Made by a program: the position numbers and the translations under genes. From the NCBI GenBank assembly GCA_017557325.1, contig JAFZAI010000083.1, forward strand, positions 1 through 61,077: a DNA stretch of 61,077 nt. Direction: 5' to 3'. Numbering within the stretch: the stretch's first letter is position 1; each line of letters starts with the position of its first letter. Positions 16,921-26,705 of the stretch are shown here, piece after piece. Source of the DNA: Bacteroidales bacterium. GTDB taxonomy: Bacteria > Bacteroidota > Bacteroidia > Bacteroidales > UBA932. Under the pieces are notes generated by a model, which worked only from the letters and a program-made list of their open reading frames with translations, had not been told where the DNA came from and made no database searches.

Positions 16921-17936
16921 GGGGCCTGATCCTGACGATCCTGCTGACGGTCGCCGCGGCGAATCCCGATTCGCTGCGGACGGCCTTCGGCAAGGAATCC
17001 GTCCCGACACCGAAAAAACCCGGCGCCACCACCCTGGCTGACACGCTCGACACCGGCAATCCCGATGTCAAAGTCGTCCTTTACAGCGACCACACCTGGC
17101 GGTACATCCGCGACGAAAAGAAGGTCTCCAAGACCAAAGTCTTTACGGAATACTGGAAGGAAAACATCACCAATCCCTACTATGGAGTGGCGCTGGAGAG
17201 CCTTCCCGACAAGGTAACGCTCTGGATTGTCGATACGCTCGATTCCTACTGCTGCCCCAACAAGACTCAGTATTCCTCCCTGTTCGGCTACCGGCACGGA
17301 CGCCGCCACCAGGGCATCGACCTCCCCTATCCGACCGGTACGCCCGTCTATGCCGCCTTTGACGGCAAAGTCCGAATGGCCGACTGGAATAGCGGCTACG
17401 GCAACCTGGTGGTCCTCCGCCACGCCAACGGACTGGAGACGTACTACGGTCACTGCAGCGAGCTCAAAGTAAAGGCCGGCGACTGGGTCCACGCGGGCGA
17501 CGTCATCGCTCTCGGCGGCTCAACCGGCCGCTCTTCCGGTCCGCACCTGCATTTCGAGACGCGCTATAAAGGCTACGCCTTCGACCCGATGTGGCTGATC
17601 GACTTCAAGACCGGAGACCTCCGCCACCGCCTCTTCACGCTGCGCAAGCGTTATTTCGACGCCAACAGCCGCTATGTACAGGAGGAGGACGATGAGGACG
17701 TCATCGCCGAAGGAGATGAAAAAGACCGCATCGCAGCCGAGCAGAAGGCCCGGGAAGAAGCGATTGCCCGCCAGAAGGCCGCCGAGGCCGCGATGCAGTA
17801 CTATGTCATCAAGTCCGGCGACACGCTGTCGAAGATTGCGGCGAAATACCATACCTCCGTCAACACCCTCTGCCGCCTCAACGGCATGACGGTCAATACC
17901 AAACTTCAAATCGGCAAACGGATCCGGGTCAAATAG
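16917..17936 (+). CDS. M23 metallopeptidase with C-terminal LysM
   Basis: HQGID and GPHLHFE motifs; LysM YVIKSGDTLSKIA. Confidence 0.93.
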   Translation: MRGLILTILLTVAAANPDSLRTAFGKESVPTPKKPGATTLADTLDTGNPDVKVVLYSDHTWRYIRDEKKVSKTKVFTEYWKENITNPYYGVALESLPDKVTLWIVDTLDSYCCPNKTQYSSLFGYRHGRRHQGIDLPYPTGTPVYAAFDGKVRMADWNSGYGNLVVLRHANGLETYYGHCSELKVKAGDWVHAGDVIALGGSTGRSSGPHLHFETRYKGYAFDPMWLIDFKTGDLRHRLFTLRKRYFDANSRYVQEEDDEDVIAEGDEKDRIAAEQKAREEAIARQKAAEAAMQYYVIKSGDTLSKIAAKYHTSVNTLCRLNGMTVNTKLQIGKRIRVK

Positions 17937-17984
17937 CCATACGGCATCTCCCACACCGCCGAATGGAATGTTTGATGAAACTTT

Positions 17985-18479
17985 ATGACTGATTTCGCGG
18001 CAATCGATTTCGAGACGGCGAATGAGTGCCCGTCCAGCGTGTGCAGCGTGGGGGTAGTGATCGTCCGGGGCGGAGAGGTCGTGGACACGTTCTACAGCCT
18101 TATTCATCCGGAGCCGGATTACTACCAGTGGTTCTGCCAGCGGGTGCATGGGCTGTGTGCGGAGGATACCGACTATGCACCTATTTTCCCGGATGTCTGG
18201 GCCCAGATCGCCCCGCTCATCGAGGACCTTCCGCTCGTCGCCCACAACAGCCGCTTTGACGAAGGCTGCCTGAAGGCCGTCTTCAAGGTATATCAGATGG
18301 ATTATCCGGACTATACGTTCTACGACACCCTGTCAGCTTCCCGTCGTCACTTCGGGCAATGCCTCCCGAACCACCTGCTCCAAACCGTTGCCGCCGCCTG
18401 CGGCTACGACCTCACCCGCCATCACCACGCCCTCGCAGATGCGGAGGCGTGCGCCAGGATAGCGATGAGGATACTCTGA
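17985..18479 (+). CDS. DEDDh 3'-5' exonuclease (DNA Pol III epsilon-like)
   Basis: AIDFETAN, VAHNSRFD and HHALADA motifs. Confidence 0.92.
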   Translation: MTDFAAIDFETANECPSSVCSVGVVIVRGGEVVDTFYSLIHPEPDYYQWFCQRVHGLCAEDTDYAPIFPDVWAQIAPLIEDLPLVAHNSRFDEGCLKAVFKVYQMDYPDYTFYDTLSASRRHFGQCLPNHLLQTVAAACGYDLTRHHHALADAEACARIAMRIL

Positions 18480-18490
18480 GGGCCCGCAGG

Positions 18491-19261
18491 TCAGGATATG
18501 TGGCGGCGGACTGTTTCCAGCACCCGCCGGCAATTAGTCTCATTGTTTCCCCCGATTACCATATCCGGTGCCAGGAGGGAAGGGGCGTTTCCGTCCAGCG
18601 AGCAGATTATGCCTCCCGCTTCGCGGAGAATGAGACCCGCAGCCGCATAGTCCCAGGGCATCAGTCGCATTTCAAAATAGAGTTCGGCCTGTCCTGCCGC
18701 CATCTGGCACAGCTCCAGGGCTGCAGATCCGATCCGGCGCAGGTCGTTGCATTCCATATAGAGGTCATAGATGATATCGCTGCAGGTGCGGGAGAATTCC
18801 TTGTGATAGGTACACATGGCCGAGAAGAGAAGCCCCTCCTCGAACGAGCGCCGGGAAACGCTGATGGGGTTGCCGTTACAGGTGGCTCCCTTTCCGAGCT
18901 CTGCCGCATATAGTTCATCCCGCCAGGGACTGAAGACAACGCCCATCGTCGGGACAGAGTCCTGGACAAGCGCCACGCTGATGCAGCAGTTCGCGTTGCC
19001 GCGCGCATAATTCGCCGTGCCGTCGATGGGATCGATGATCCAAAGATTTCGGTGTGCGGTATCTTCAAAATTCTCTTCCTCGCAGAGAAAGCCGCTCCCG
19101 GGCAGGAGTGCCGCGAGCCTCTCCGTGAGGAAATGCTGTACGGCCAGATCCGACGAGGTTACGAGGTTCTCCCGGGTGCCCTTGTCGGTAATGGAGAATC
19201 CGTCCCTGACCATCAGGGAAGAAGCCTCGCGCACAATCGCAATAATTTGTTCGAGCGTCAT
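18491..19261 (-). CDS. Inositol monophosphatase family (SuhB-like)
   Basis: CEE, WIIDPIDGTANY, RRIGSAA and PWDYAAA motifs. Confidence 0.92.
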   Translation of the reverse strand: MTLEQIIAIVREASSLMVRDGFSITDKGTRENLVTSSDLAVQHFLTERLAALLPGSGFLCEEENFEDTAHRNLWIIDPIDGTANYARGNANCCISVALVQDSVPTMGVVFSPWRDELYAAELGKGATCNGNPISVSRRSFEEGLLFSAMCTYHKEFSRTCSDIIYDLYMECNDLRRIGSAALELCQMAAGQAELYFEMRLMPWDYAAAGLILREAGGIICSLDGNAPSLLAPDMVIGGNNETNCRRVLETVRRHIS

Positions 19262-21834
19262 TGCGGGTGGGATGCAGGAAGGGACTTGACGTAAATGTCG
19301 CGCTGCGGGAACGGGATTTCGATGCCGTGGGCATTGAGGGCATTGTAGACCAGCTCTTTGGCGCGGGCCGCATAGGTAAAATGCTCTTCGACAGTAGTGT
19401 ACTGGACGATCTGGAGATTGATGCTGCTGTCGCCGAATTCCTTGAAACGGATGTCGATGCCGCGCTTGGGATCGACCACCTCCCGGCCGTATTTGTCCCT
19501 GACCTGGAGCGGCTTCAGGGCCTCCAGGATAATCTGGCGGACCTCTTCCACATCCACGCCGTATTTGACGCCCACATCAAAGGTAAGCAATTCGTAGGAA
19601 TTGTTCCGCGTGAGATTCTTGAAATTCTTGTTGAAGAGCGTCGCATTCGGGAAGGCCATCACCGCACCGTCCGTCGAGACGATGGTGGTCGTCTGGTAAC
19701 TGATGTTGTCGACCCGGCCGCGGACGCCGTCGCATTCGATGGAATCCCCTACCCGGAGGCGTCCCGACATCAGTTGCACCCCGTAGAAGAAGTTATTAAG
19801 GATATCCTTCATGGCGAATCCGAGGCCGGTCGCCAGACCTGCCGCAACCACCTTCACGGCCGCCGTCGGGATCTTCAGCAGGATAAACAGCGTGATCACG
19901 TAAATACCCCACAGGGAGATGGAGATCACATTCTCCACGAGGGTGAAATTCACCTCATTCTCGTGCAGGACCTTGATCCCGCGGCTCTTCATCACCGAGC
20001 GGGTCTTGAACAGGCGGTAACAGGCTTTCGCCACATAATTCAGGTAATTGAAGATGAAGGCGAGCACCACGACCAGCACGATGCGGGCGAAGGACAGGCT
20101 GATGTATCCCTCCACGTTCAGGAAAGGATAGGCGTAATATGTTTTGAATACATCCGTCAAGTCAAACACGCCGGAAGCCATATAGATGCTCAGCGGCACC
20201 GACAGCACGTATGCTGCGGGCAGCAGCGCCTTGCGCACCAGCGAGAACGGCCAGGTGACCGTGATGAGGTCCTCGTCGGTGCGGGATTTGAGATTCGGAT
20301 GGGCCTCGCGGTACAGGTCGCGGAGCTTGTCCCGGTGATTCCGGTAGTAGCGGTTGACGAGTTCCGAAATGGCCGTCACCGTCTGCAGGAGGGTCAGCAG
20401 GAAAATCCACCAAATCAGCATCTGGACTCCCAGCAGGACGTAGCCGCGAAGAGCCACGACCGTCGTGACCGTCATCGCCAGAAGGGATACCCATCCGAAG
20501 ATGGCATCCATCTGCGGGACGCTCTTCCGATGATGCAGCTGGGCGATCAGCTGGTACACCGTAAAGACCAGCAGAATCGGCGGGAAGAGGATATTCAGGA
20601 GGCTATTGGGGATGAATACGATGCGAAGCGATATGATCAGAAGGCACATCAGCATCACCGGCATATATAGCAGCACCCCGCGGCGCACCTTGTTCTCCTC
20701 CTTGAAGCGGATTACCAGCGAAACGAGAATCGCCGCCAGCATCCAGGCGAATTCCACCAGGAGGCGGGAAGCCATCGAGAAGAAATTCCTCGTGGAAACG
20801 GTGCTGGCGATGAGGATCGACACCGAGAAGATGAGCATGGCCACGATGGTGATCATCGACATCTTGTGACGCGTAAACCGCGGCCGCTTGAAGAAGGGCA
20901 CGGTGCGGGTCAGGATGGCGACCAGGATGGCACTGATGGAAATCGAAATCAGGAGGAACACCAGGGTGAAGAAGGAAAATCTAACCACAAGCGGTCCCCT
21001 CCACTGACTCTGCACCGACTCCATATCGGAACGGGCATACTTGTCCAGTGCATCGCGCTGAGCCTGTTTCCAATAGAAGCCAAACCGGGTGAGGATCTTG
21101 TCATAGGAGGTCTGCCCTTCGATGAAGATGCGGTTCTGTACCGTCTTGTAACGGGCCTGCGCATAGTCGTAGGCCGACTTCAGCAACGCCGCCGTCTCGG
21201 AATAATGGGTGCTGTCACGCACCAGTTTCTCCTTCTGGTTCTGGCAGGCCAGGAGCAGGGCCTCCGCATAGAAGAGGCAGCTGTCACGGTCGATCCGGCT
21301 CAGGGAATCCAGCACAAAGGGCCGTTCTTCCTCCTTTTCTCCGCCCCGCAGCTCCGGGACACTTCCCATCCCGACCTGGAGGACCACCACGTTGCCGAGG
21401 CTGTCCACGTATTCAACGGCGGGAGACGGCGGAAGGCTGCGGAGCGCGTGCACCAGGCGGTTGTACCGGTCGATGTCGATATCGAGCCGCGTGATGATGT
21501 CGTCGAACGGAACCCGCCGCGAAGAGAACTCATTGTAATTCTTCGAGACCTCGTTGAGGGCGTAGGTCATATCGAAGGTGTAGTCCTGCTTCTGCGAATA
21601 GAGCATCAGGGAAAGCTCGTGGCTGCGCTGCATTTCCTGGACCAGCCGCTGGTGCTGGCGTTCGCCGTTGCCCCGGACACGGGCGGCCCGGCGCTCCTGG
21701 CTCTTATAGGCGGAGTGAAGTTCGTAACGGAGGACTTTCAGCGTTTCGCCGAGGTTGCGTTCGTTGAGAACGGCAAACAAAGGGGCAACCGCCAGAAGGA
21801 TCGCGGTTGCCGCCAGAAGGAGTTTTCTTTTCAT
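19258..21834 (-). CDS. Large mechanosensitive channel, MscS family
   Basis: Periplasmic coiled N-terminus, many TM helices, GLGFAMKDILNNF...GDSIE and IEIPFPQRD. Confidence 0.9.
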   Translation of the reverse strand: MKRKLLLAATAILLAVAPLFAVLNERNLGETLKVLRYELHSAYKSQERRAARVRGNGERQHQRLVQEMQRSHELSLMLYSQKQDYTFDMTYALNEVSKNYNEFSSRRVPFDDIITRLDIDIDRYNRLVHALRSLPPSPAVEYVDSLGNVVVLQVGMGSVPELRGGEKEEERPFVLDSLSRIDRDSCLFYAEALLLACQNQKEKLVRDSTHYSETAALLKSAYDYAQARYKTVQNRIFIEGQTSYDKILTRFGFYWKQAQRDALDKYARSDMESVQSQWRGPLVVRFSFFTLVFLLISISISAILVAILTRTVPFFKRPRFTRHKMSMITIVAMLIFSVSILIASTVSTRNFFSMASRLLVEFAWMLAAILVSLVIRFKEENKVRRGVLLYMPVMLMCLLIISLRIVFIPNSLLNILFPPILLVFTVYQLIAQLHHRKSVPQMDAIFGWVSLLAMTVTTVVALRGYVLLGVQMLIWWIFLLTLLQTVTAISELVNRYYRNHRDKLRDLYREAHPNLKSRTDEDLITVTWPFSLVRKALLPAAYVLSVPLSIYMASGVFDLTDVFKTYYAYPFLNVEGYISLSFARIVLVVVLAFIFNYLNYVAKACYRLFKTRSVMKSRGIKVLHENEVNFTLVENVISISLWGIYVITLFILLKIPTAAVKVVAAGLATGLGFAMKDILNNFFYGVQLMSGRLRVGDSIECDGVRGRVDNISYQTTTIVSTDGAVMAFPNATLFNKNFKNLTRNNSYELLTFDVGVKYGVDVEEVRQIILEALKPLQVRDKYGREVVDPKRGIDIRFKEFGDSSINLQIVQYTTVEEHFTYAARAKELVYNALNAHGIEIPFPQRDIYVKSLPASHPQ

Positions 21835-21840
21835 AAACTG

Positions 21841-23178
21841 TTAAATGACGCCCTGGGCGAGCATGGCCTCGGCGACTTTCATAAAGCCGGCGACATTCGC
21901 GCCCTTGACGTAGTTGATGTAGCCGTCAGGCTGGGTGCCGTACTGGACACAGGCCTTGTGGATCGAGTCCATGATGCCATGCAGGCGCTGGTCGACCTCT
22001 TCGGCCTTCCAGCTGATGTGCATCGCATTCTGGCTCATCTCCAGGCCGGAAGTGGCCACGCCGCCGGCGTTGACCGCCTTGCCCGGAGCAAAGAGGATAC
22101 GGGCCTTCTGGAATGCCTCGATGGCACCCGGCTGGCAGCCCATGTTGGAGACCTCGGCGCAAAGCCAGGTACCATTTGCCAGGAGTTCCTCGGCGTCGGC
22201 CGCGCTCATCTCATTCTGGAAAGCGCAAGGAAGGGCGATGTCGCACTTCACGCTCCAGGCTTTCTTGCCCGGCAGGAAGGTCGCATCGGGGAATTTTTCG
22301 GCAAAAGGAGCCACCACGTCATTGTTGGAAGCACGTAGCTCCAGCATATAGTCGAGCTTCTCCTGCGTCATTCCCTCGGGATTGTAGATAGCGCCGTCGG
22401 GGCCGGAGATGGCCACGACCTTGGCACCGAGCTGCGTCGCTTTGGTCGCTGCACCCCAAGCCACGTTGCCGAAGCCGGAGAGAGCGACCTTCTTGCCCTT
22501 GATATCCTTGCCGTGCTCCTTGAGGAGGTTCTCCACGAAATAGAGAGCACCGAAACCGGTAGCCTCGGGACGGATCAGAGAGCCGCCGTACTGGAGGCCC
22601 TTGCCGGTAAGCACGCCGTTGTGTTCCCGGGTGAGCTTCTTGTACATTCCCTCGAGGAAGCCGATTTCGCGGCCGCCTACGCCGATGTCACCGGCGGGAA
22701 CGTCCATGTCAGGACCGATATTGCGCCACAGCTCCAGCATAAAGGCCTGGCAGAAGCGCATGATCTCGGCGTCGGACTTGCCCTTCGGGTTGAAGTCGCT
22801 GCCGCCCTTGCCGCCGCCCATCGGAAGGGTGGTGAGGCTGTTCTTGAAGGTCTGCTCGAAGCCCAGGAACTTGAGGATCGAGAGGTTGACCGAGGGATGG
22901 AAGCGCAGACCGCCCTTGTAGGGACCAATCGCGTTGTTGAACTGCACCCGGTAGCCGGTATTGACCTGAATCTGGCCCTCGTCGTCGACCCACGTCACCC
23001 GGAAGGTAACGATGCGGTCGGGCTCGACGATGCGCTCGACGATCTTTGCCGCCTCGAATTCGGGGTGCTGGTTGTACACATCCTCAATGGAGACGAGCAC
23101 TTCTTCCACGGCCTGAAGGAATTCCTTCTGGTCGCCGTACTTGGCGCTTAGGCGCGCCATGATTTCACTGGTTTTCAT
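21841..23178 (-). CDS. gdhA: NAD(P)-specific glutamate dehydrogenase
   Basis: GPYKGGLRFHP, GGGKGG, DVPAGDIGVG, RPEATG and NAGGVATS motifs. Confidence 0.97.
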   Translation of the reverse strand: MKTSEIMARLSAKYGDQKEFLQAVEEVLVSIEDVYNQHPEFEAAKIVERIVEPDRIVTFRVTWVDDEGQIQVNTGYRVQFNNAIGPYKGGLRFHPSVNLSILKFLGFEQTFKNSLTTLPMGGGKGGSDFNPKGKSDAEIMRFCQAFMLELWRNIGPDMDVPAGDIGVGGREIGFLEGMYKKLTREHNGVLTGKGLQYGGSLIRPEATGFGALYFVENLLKEHGKDIKGKKVALSGFGNVAWGAATKATQLGAKVVAISGPDGAIYNPEGMTQEKLDYMLELRASNNDVVAPFAEKFPDATFLPGKKAWSVKCDIALPCAFQNEMSAADAEELLANGTWLCAEVSNMGCQPGAIEAFQKARILFAPGKAVNAGGVATSGLEMSQNAMHISWKAEEVDQRLHGIMDSIHKACVQYGTQPDGYINYVKGANVAGFMKVAEAMLAQGVI

Positions 23179-23195
23179 TATAATGTTATTATAGG

Positions 23196-24215
23196 TTATA
23201 CTTCCCAGGTCGCGCCGCTGTGGAGCAGGTCGTCCATCGACTGGATGCGGGAGGTGGCCTTGACCTTCTCGAACTGCTCGATGATGCAGTCGTCGTAGGT
23301 AAGGTCCCGCACCGCGCGAATGACGCCGAGAGCAACCGGATACTCGGGATACTTCATCTCGGCGAGCATCGTGTGGAGGCCCAGGTCGGGATTGTGCGCA
23401 TCGTGGACCAGGATATCATCCTCCGTGACGCCGTCCTGACCGATGGTCACCACCTTGAGTTGGCGACCGTCAAGGACGAGGCCTTTGTCGCGGTTTTTGC
23501 CGAAGATCATCTTCTCGCCGTGACGGAGGAGGATGGTGCGGTCGGCGCGGACTTCACGATCGGTGATGTCGGCGTGTGTGCCGTTGTTGAAGATCACGCA
23601 GTTGGTGAGCATTTCCATCACGGATGTGCCGTCGTGACGCGCGGCCTCGACCATAATCTCCTCATTGAGCTGCAACTCAGTGTCGAGGCTGCGGGCGAAG
23701 AAGGTGCCCTTAGCGCCCAGCACGAGCGAGCCGGGATTGAACGGATGCTCCACGGTGCCGTAAGGCGACGTCTTCGTAATCATTCCAAACTTGGAAGTCG
23801 GCGAATACTGCCCTTTGGTAAGACCGTAGATGCGGTTATTGAAGAGGATGACGTTGATGTCGATGTTGCGCCGGATGGCGTGGATGAAGTGGTTGCCGCC
23901 GATGGCGAGCGAATCGCCGTCACCGGTGGAGACCCAGACGCTCAGGTGCGGATTGGCCACCTTGATGCCAGTCGCGATGGGAAGAGCGCGGCCATGGATG
24001 CTGTGGAATCCGTAGGTGTCCAGATAATACGGAAGACGCGACGAGCAGCCGATGCCGGATACCATCACGAATTGCTCCCGGGTATAATTTCTCGCTTCGC
24101 AAACCATCGGGAGGGCCCGCTGCAGGGCCGCAAGTACGCCGTGGTCTCCGCATCCGGGGCACCAGCGCACTTCCTGGTTGCTCTTGAAATCTTTGAATGT
24201 ATATTTCTCTGCCAT
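23196..24215 (-). CDS. korB: 2-oxoacid:ferredoxin oxidoreductase beta subunit
   Basis: WCPGCG, SGIGCSS, TPP-binding GDGD...NNRIYGLTKGQ. Confidence 0.93.
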   Translation of the reverse strand: MAEKYTFKDFKSNQEVRWCPGCGDHGVLAALQRALPMVCEARNYTREQFVMVSGIGCSSRLPYYLDTYGFHSIHGRALPIATGIKVANPHLSVWVSTGDGDSLAIGGNHFIHAIRRNIDINVILFNNRIYGLTKGQYSPTSKFGMITKTSPYGTVEHPFNPGSLVLGAKGTFFARSLDTELQLNEEIMVEAARHDGTSVMEMLTNCVIFNNGTHADITDREVRADRTILLRHGEKMIFGKNRDKGLVLDGRQLKVVTIGQDGVTEDDILVHDAHNPDLGLHTMLAEMKYPEYPVALGVIRAVRDLTYDDCIIEQFEKVKATSRIQSMDDLLHSGATWEV

Positions 24216-24218
24216 CGC

Positions 24219-26063
24219 TTACTCCTCCTCTGCTTTATGGATCGCCTCGACGATTTCCCCGACGAGGAAAGGCTGTCCCTGCACTTTGTTGCACTGCAGG
24301 ATTTGGAGATCCGGGAATTTGATACGGAGCCAGGCGGCGAAATGACCGCTGTTGAGTTCGCAGACCAGCACCTTGTCGAAGCGCCGGAGCACCTCCGCCG
24401 TATTCGCGGGCAGCGGATTGATCCACTCGAAATGCGCAAAACTGACCGGCTTTCCTTCGGCACGGACCTCATCCACCGCCGAGAAAATATGGCCGTACGT
24501 ACCGCCCCAGCCGACGACGAGGAGTCCCCCCTCCGCCGGTCCGTCCACTGCAAGCAGCGGAATCGAGGCGGCGATGCGCTCGATCTTCTCTGCCCGCTCA
24601 CGAACCATCAGATCGTGGTTGAGCGGAGCCGATGACAGTACACCGTTATGATCCTTTTCCAAACCGCCGATCCGGTGCTCGAAATCCTTCAACCCGGGGA
24701 CCGCCCATTTGCGGGCGAGCGTCTCGGGGTCGCGCTCAAACGGCTTGAATCCACCCTCGGGCAGTTCTCCAGAGACAAACGGCGGCTTGATGGCGGGATA
24801 ATCCTTCATCGAAGGAATCCGCCAGGGCTCCGAGCCGTTGCCGAGGAAACCTTCGGAAGCGACCACGACAGGCACCATATGCTCCAAGGCCGTCTTGGCG
24901 GCATAGAACGCCGCATCGAAACAGTCGGAAGGAGAATGCGGGGCGATCACGGCCACGGGGCATTCGCCATTGCGGCCGTAGAGAATCTGATTGAGATCGG
25001 TCTGTTCGGTCTTAGTCGGGATACCCGTCGAAGGACCCGCACGCTGGACGTCGACCACCACCAGAGGCAGCTCGGCCATCACCGCGAGGCCGAGGGCCTC
25101 ACTCTTGAGCGCAAGGCCCGGACCGGAAGTCGTTGTAACGGCCAGGCTTCCGGCGTAAGCGGCGCCGATGGCCGTGCAGATGCCGGCGATCTCATCCTCA
25201 GCCTGCATTGTCTTTACATTGAGGCTCTTGTAAATGGCAAGTTCCTCGAGTATGGAGGTCGCGGGCGTAATGGGATAGGAGCCGCAGAAGAGCTGCAGGC
25301 CCGCCTTCTCGGCCGCCGCCATCAGGCCCCAGGCCGTCGCCTGGTTGCCGGTGATGTTGCGGTACGTTCCCTTCTCCAGCGGAGCCGGCGCGATATGATA
25401 GGTATTCGGCACCATCTGGAGATTGGCCGCATAGTTGAAGCCGTCGAAGAGGACTTTCTTGTTGGGATAGACCATTTCGGGATGCTTTTTCCCGAACTTG
25501 GTCTCAATGTATTCGTAGAGATAATCCAGCGGACGCGAGAAAATGTAGCACGCCATTCCGAGCACGAACATATTCTTGCACTTGTCGATGGACTTGTTGT
25601 CGAGGGCGCTGCCCCTGAGGCTGGTGCCGGTGAGAGAGGAAACGGGAACGATGATGATGTCCCGGTCCTGAACGCCCAGTTCCTCGAACGGATTCTTCGT
25701 GAAGCCGGCTTTCAGGAGGGAGGCGTCATCGAAAGCATCCTGGTTGACGAGGATCATCCCCGTCCGCTTCACCCAGTGGGCGCTGACCTTGAGCGCCGCG
25801 GGATTCATCGCGACGAGCAGATCGCAAAAGTCTCCGGGGGTGCGGACATCGGTGCTGCCGATGTGAACCTGGAAACCGGAAACGCCGGAAACCGTACCCT
25901 TCGGGGCGCGGATTTCGGCGGGAAAGTCAGGGAATGTCGAAAGAGAGTTGCCGTACACGGCAGAGGTATTTGCAAAAAGAGATCCGGTGAGCTGCATACC
26001 ATCTCCCGAATCTCCTGCAAACCTAATTACAACATCTTTCGCATCAAGTACTTTATGTTGCAT
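24219..26063 (-). CDS. korA: 2-oxoacid:ferredoxin oxidoreductase alpha subunit (gamma-alpha fusion)
   Basis: FAGDSGDGMQLTG, YPITP, QAEDEIA, TSGPG and QRAGPSTG motifs. Confidence 0.93.
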   Translation of the reverse strand: MQHKVLDAKDVVIRFAGDSGDGMQLTGSLFANTSAVYGNSLSTFPDFPAEIRAPKGTVSGVSGFQVHIGSTDVRTPGDFCDLLVAMNPAALKVSAHWVKRTGMILVNQDAFDDASLLKAGFTKNPFEELGVQDRDIIIVPVSSLTGTSLRGSALDNKSIDKCKNMFVLGMACYIFSRPLDYLYEYIETKFGKKHPEMVYPNKKVLFDGFNYAANLQMVPNTYHIAPAPLEKGTYRNITGNQATAWGLMAAAEKAGLQLFCGSYPITPATSILEELAIYKSLNVKTMQAEDEIAGICTAIGAAYAGSLAVTTTSGPGLALKSEALGLAVMAELPLVVVDVQRAGPSTGIPTKTEQTDLNQILYGRNGECPVAVIAPHSPSDCFDAAFYAAKTALEHMVPVVVASEGFLGNGSEPWRIPSMKDYPAIKPPFVSGELPEGGFKPFERDPETLARKWAVPGLKDFEHRIGGLEKDHNGVLSSAPLNHDLMVRERAEKIERIAASIPLLAVDGPAEGGLLVVGWGGTYGHIFSAVDEVRAEGKPVSFAHFEWINPLPANTAEVLRRFDKVLVCELNSGHFAAWLRIKFPDLQILQCNKVQGQPFLVGEIVEAIHKAEEE

Positions 26064-26096
26064 TATGTAGGTTAGTTTTAGTCTTTGCTAGGAATT

Positions 26097-26648
26097 TTAT
26101 TGTTGCTGCTGGGCGGCGGCCATCTCCTGCTGGAGCTGCTCGAGGGTGCGTCCTTCCTTGATGCCGAGGGCCTTGCGGGCCTGAGCCGTGATGTCAACGA
26201 TGGCATCGCTGTAGTAAAGGGCGCTGGAAGTGTCGAGAAGGACATCAAAGCCCTGCTCCTTCGCGATCTTCTGGACTTCTTCCTGGGCCTTCTGGTAGAT
26301 GGGGGCCATCAGGGTGCTCTGCTGCTCCTGGAGCTCCTGGCTTACGGACTGCTGGAAATCCTGGATGCGCTGCTGCATATCGCTGAGTTCACGCTCCTTG
26401 CTCTCCTTGATCGAAGCCGTCCAGGTAGAGGCCTTCTGCTGATACTGCTGATACTTGCTCTGGAATTCCTCCACCATCGTCTTGTAGGTCTCGTCGGCCT
26501 CCTTGCTGGCTGCGGCCATCGTTTCACGGGCCTTGTCGGCCTCGGGCATCAGCTGGACGAGTTCGGTGAAGTTGACACGGGCGATTTTCTGCGCGGAAGC
26601 AGAAAGGGTGAGAAGCGCCATTGCGGCAATTGCGAAAATCTTTTTCAT
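26097..26648 (-). CDS. skp: Periplasmic chaperone Skp/OmpH
   Basis: Signal peptide, KIARVN, Gln-rich coiled coil, DIT motif; directly downstream of bamA. Confidence 0.9.
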   Translation of the reverse strand: MKKIFAIAAMALLTLSASAQKIARVNFTELVQLMPEADKARETMAAASKEADETYKTMVEEFQSKYQQYQQKASTWTASIKESKERELSDMQQRIQDFQQSVSQELQEQQSTLMAPIYQKAQEEVQKIAKEQGFDVLLDTSSALYYSDAIVDITAQARKALGIKEGRTLEQLQQEMAAAQQQQ

Positions 26649-26687
26649 ATCAATAACTGTTAAATTTTTCAAACGTTGGGTCTCTTT

Positions 26688-26703
26688 TGCAAATACAATA
26701 CCA
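26688..26703 (-). promoter_or_regulatory. Possible sigma-54-type (-24/-12) promoter for skp
   Basis: TGGTATTGTATTTGCA matches GG-N10-GC spacing. Confidence 0.4.
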
Positions 26704-26705
26704 TT

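Noticed and set aside
17985-19261. Exonuclease plus IMPase as a defence or signalling module
   Set aside because: They are convergent, common housekeeping families with no cyclase, effector or mobility context.
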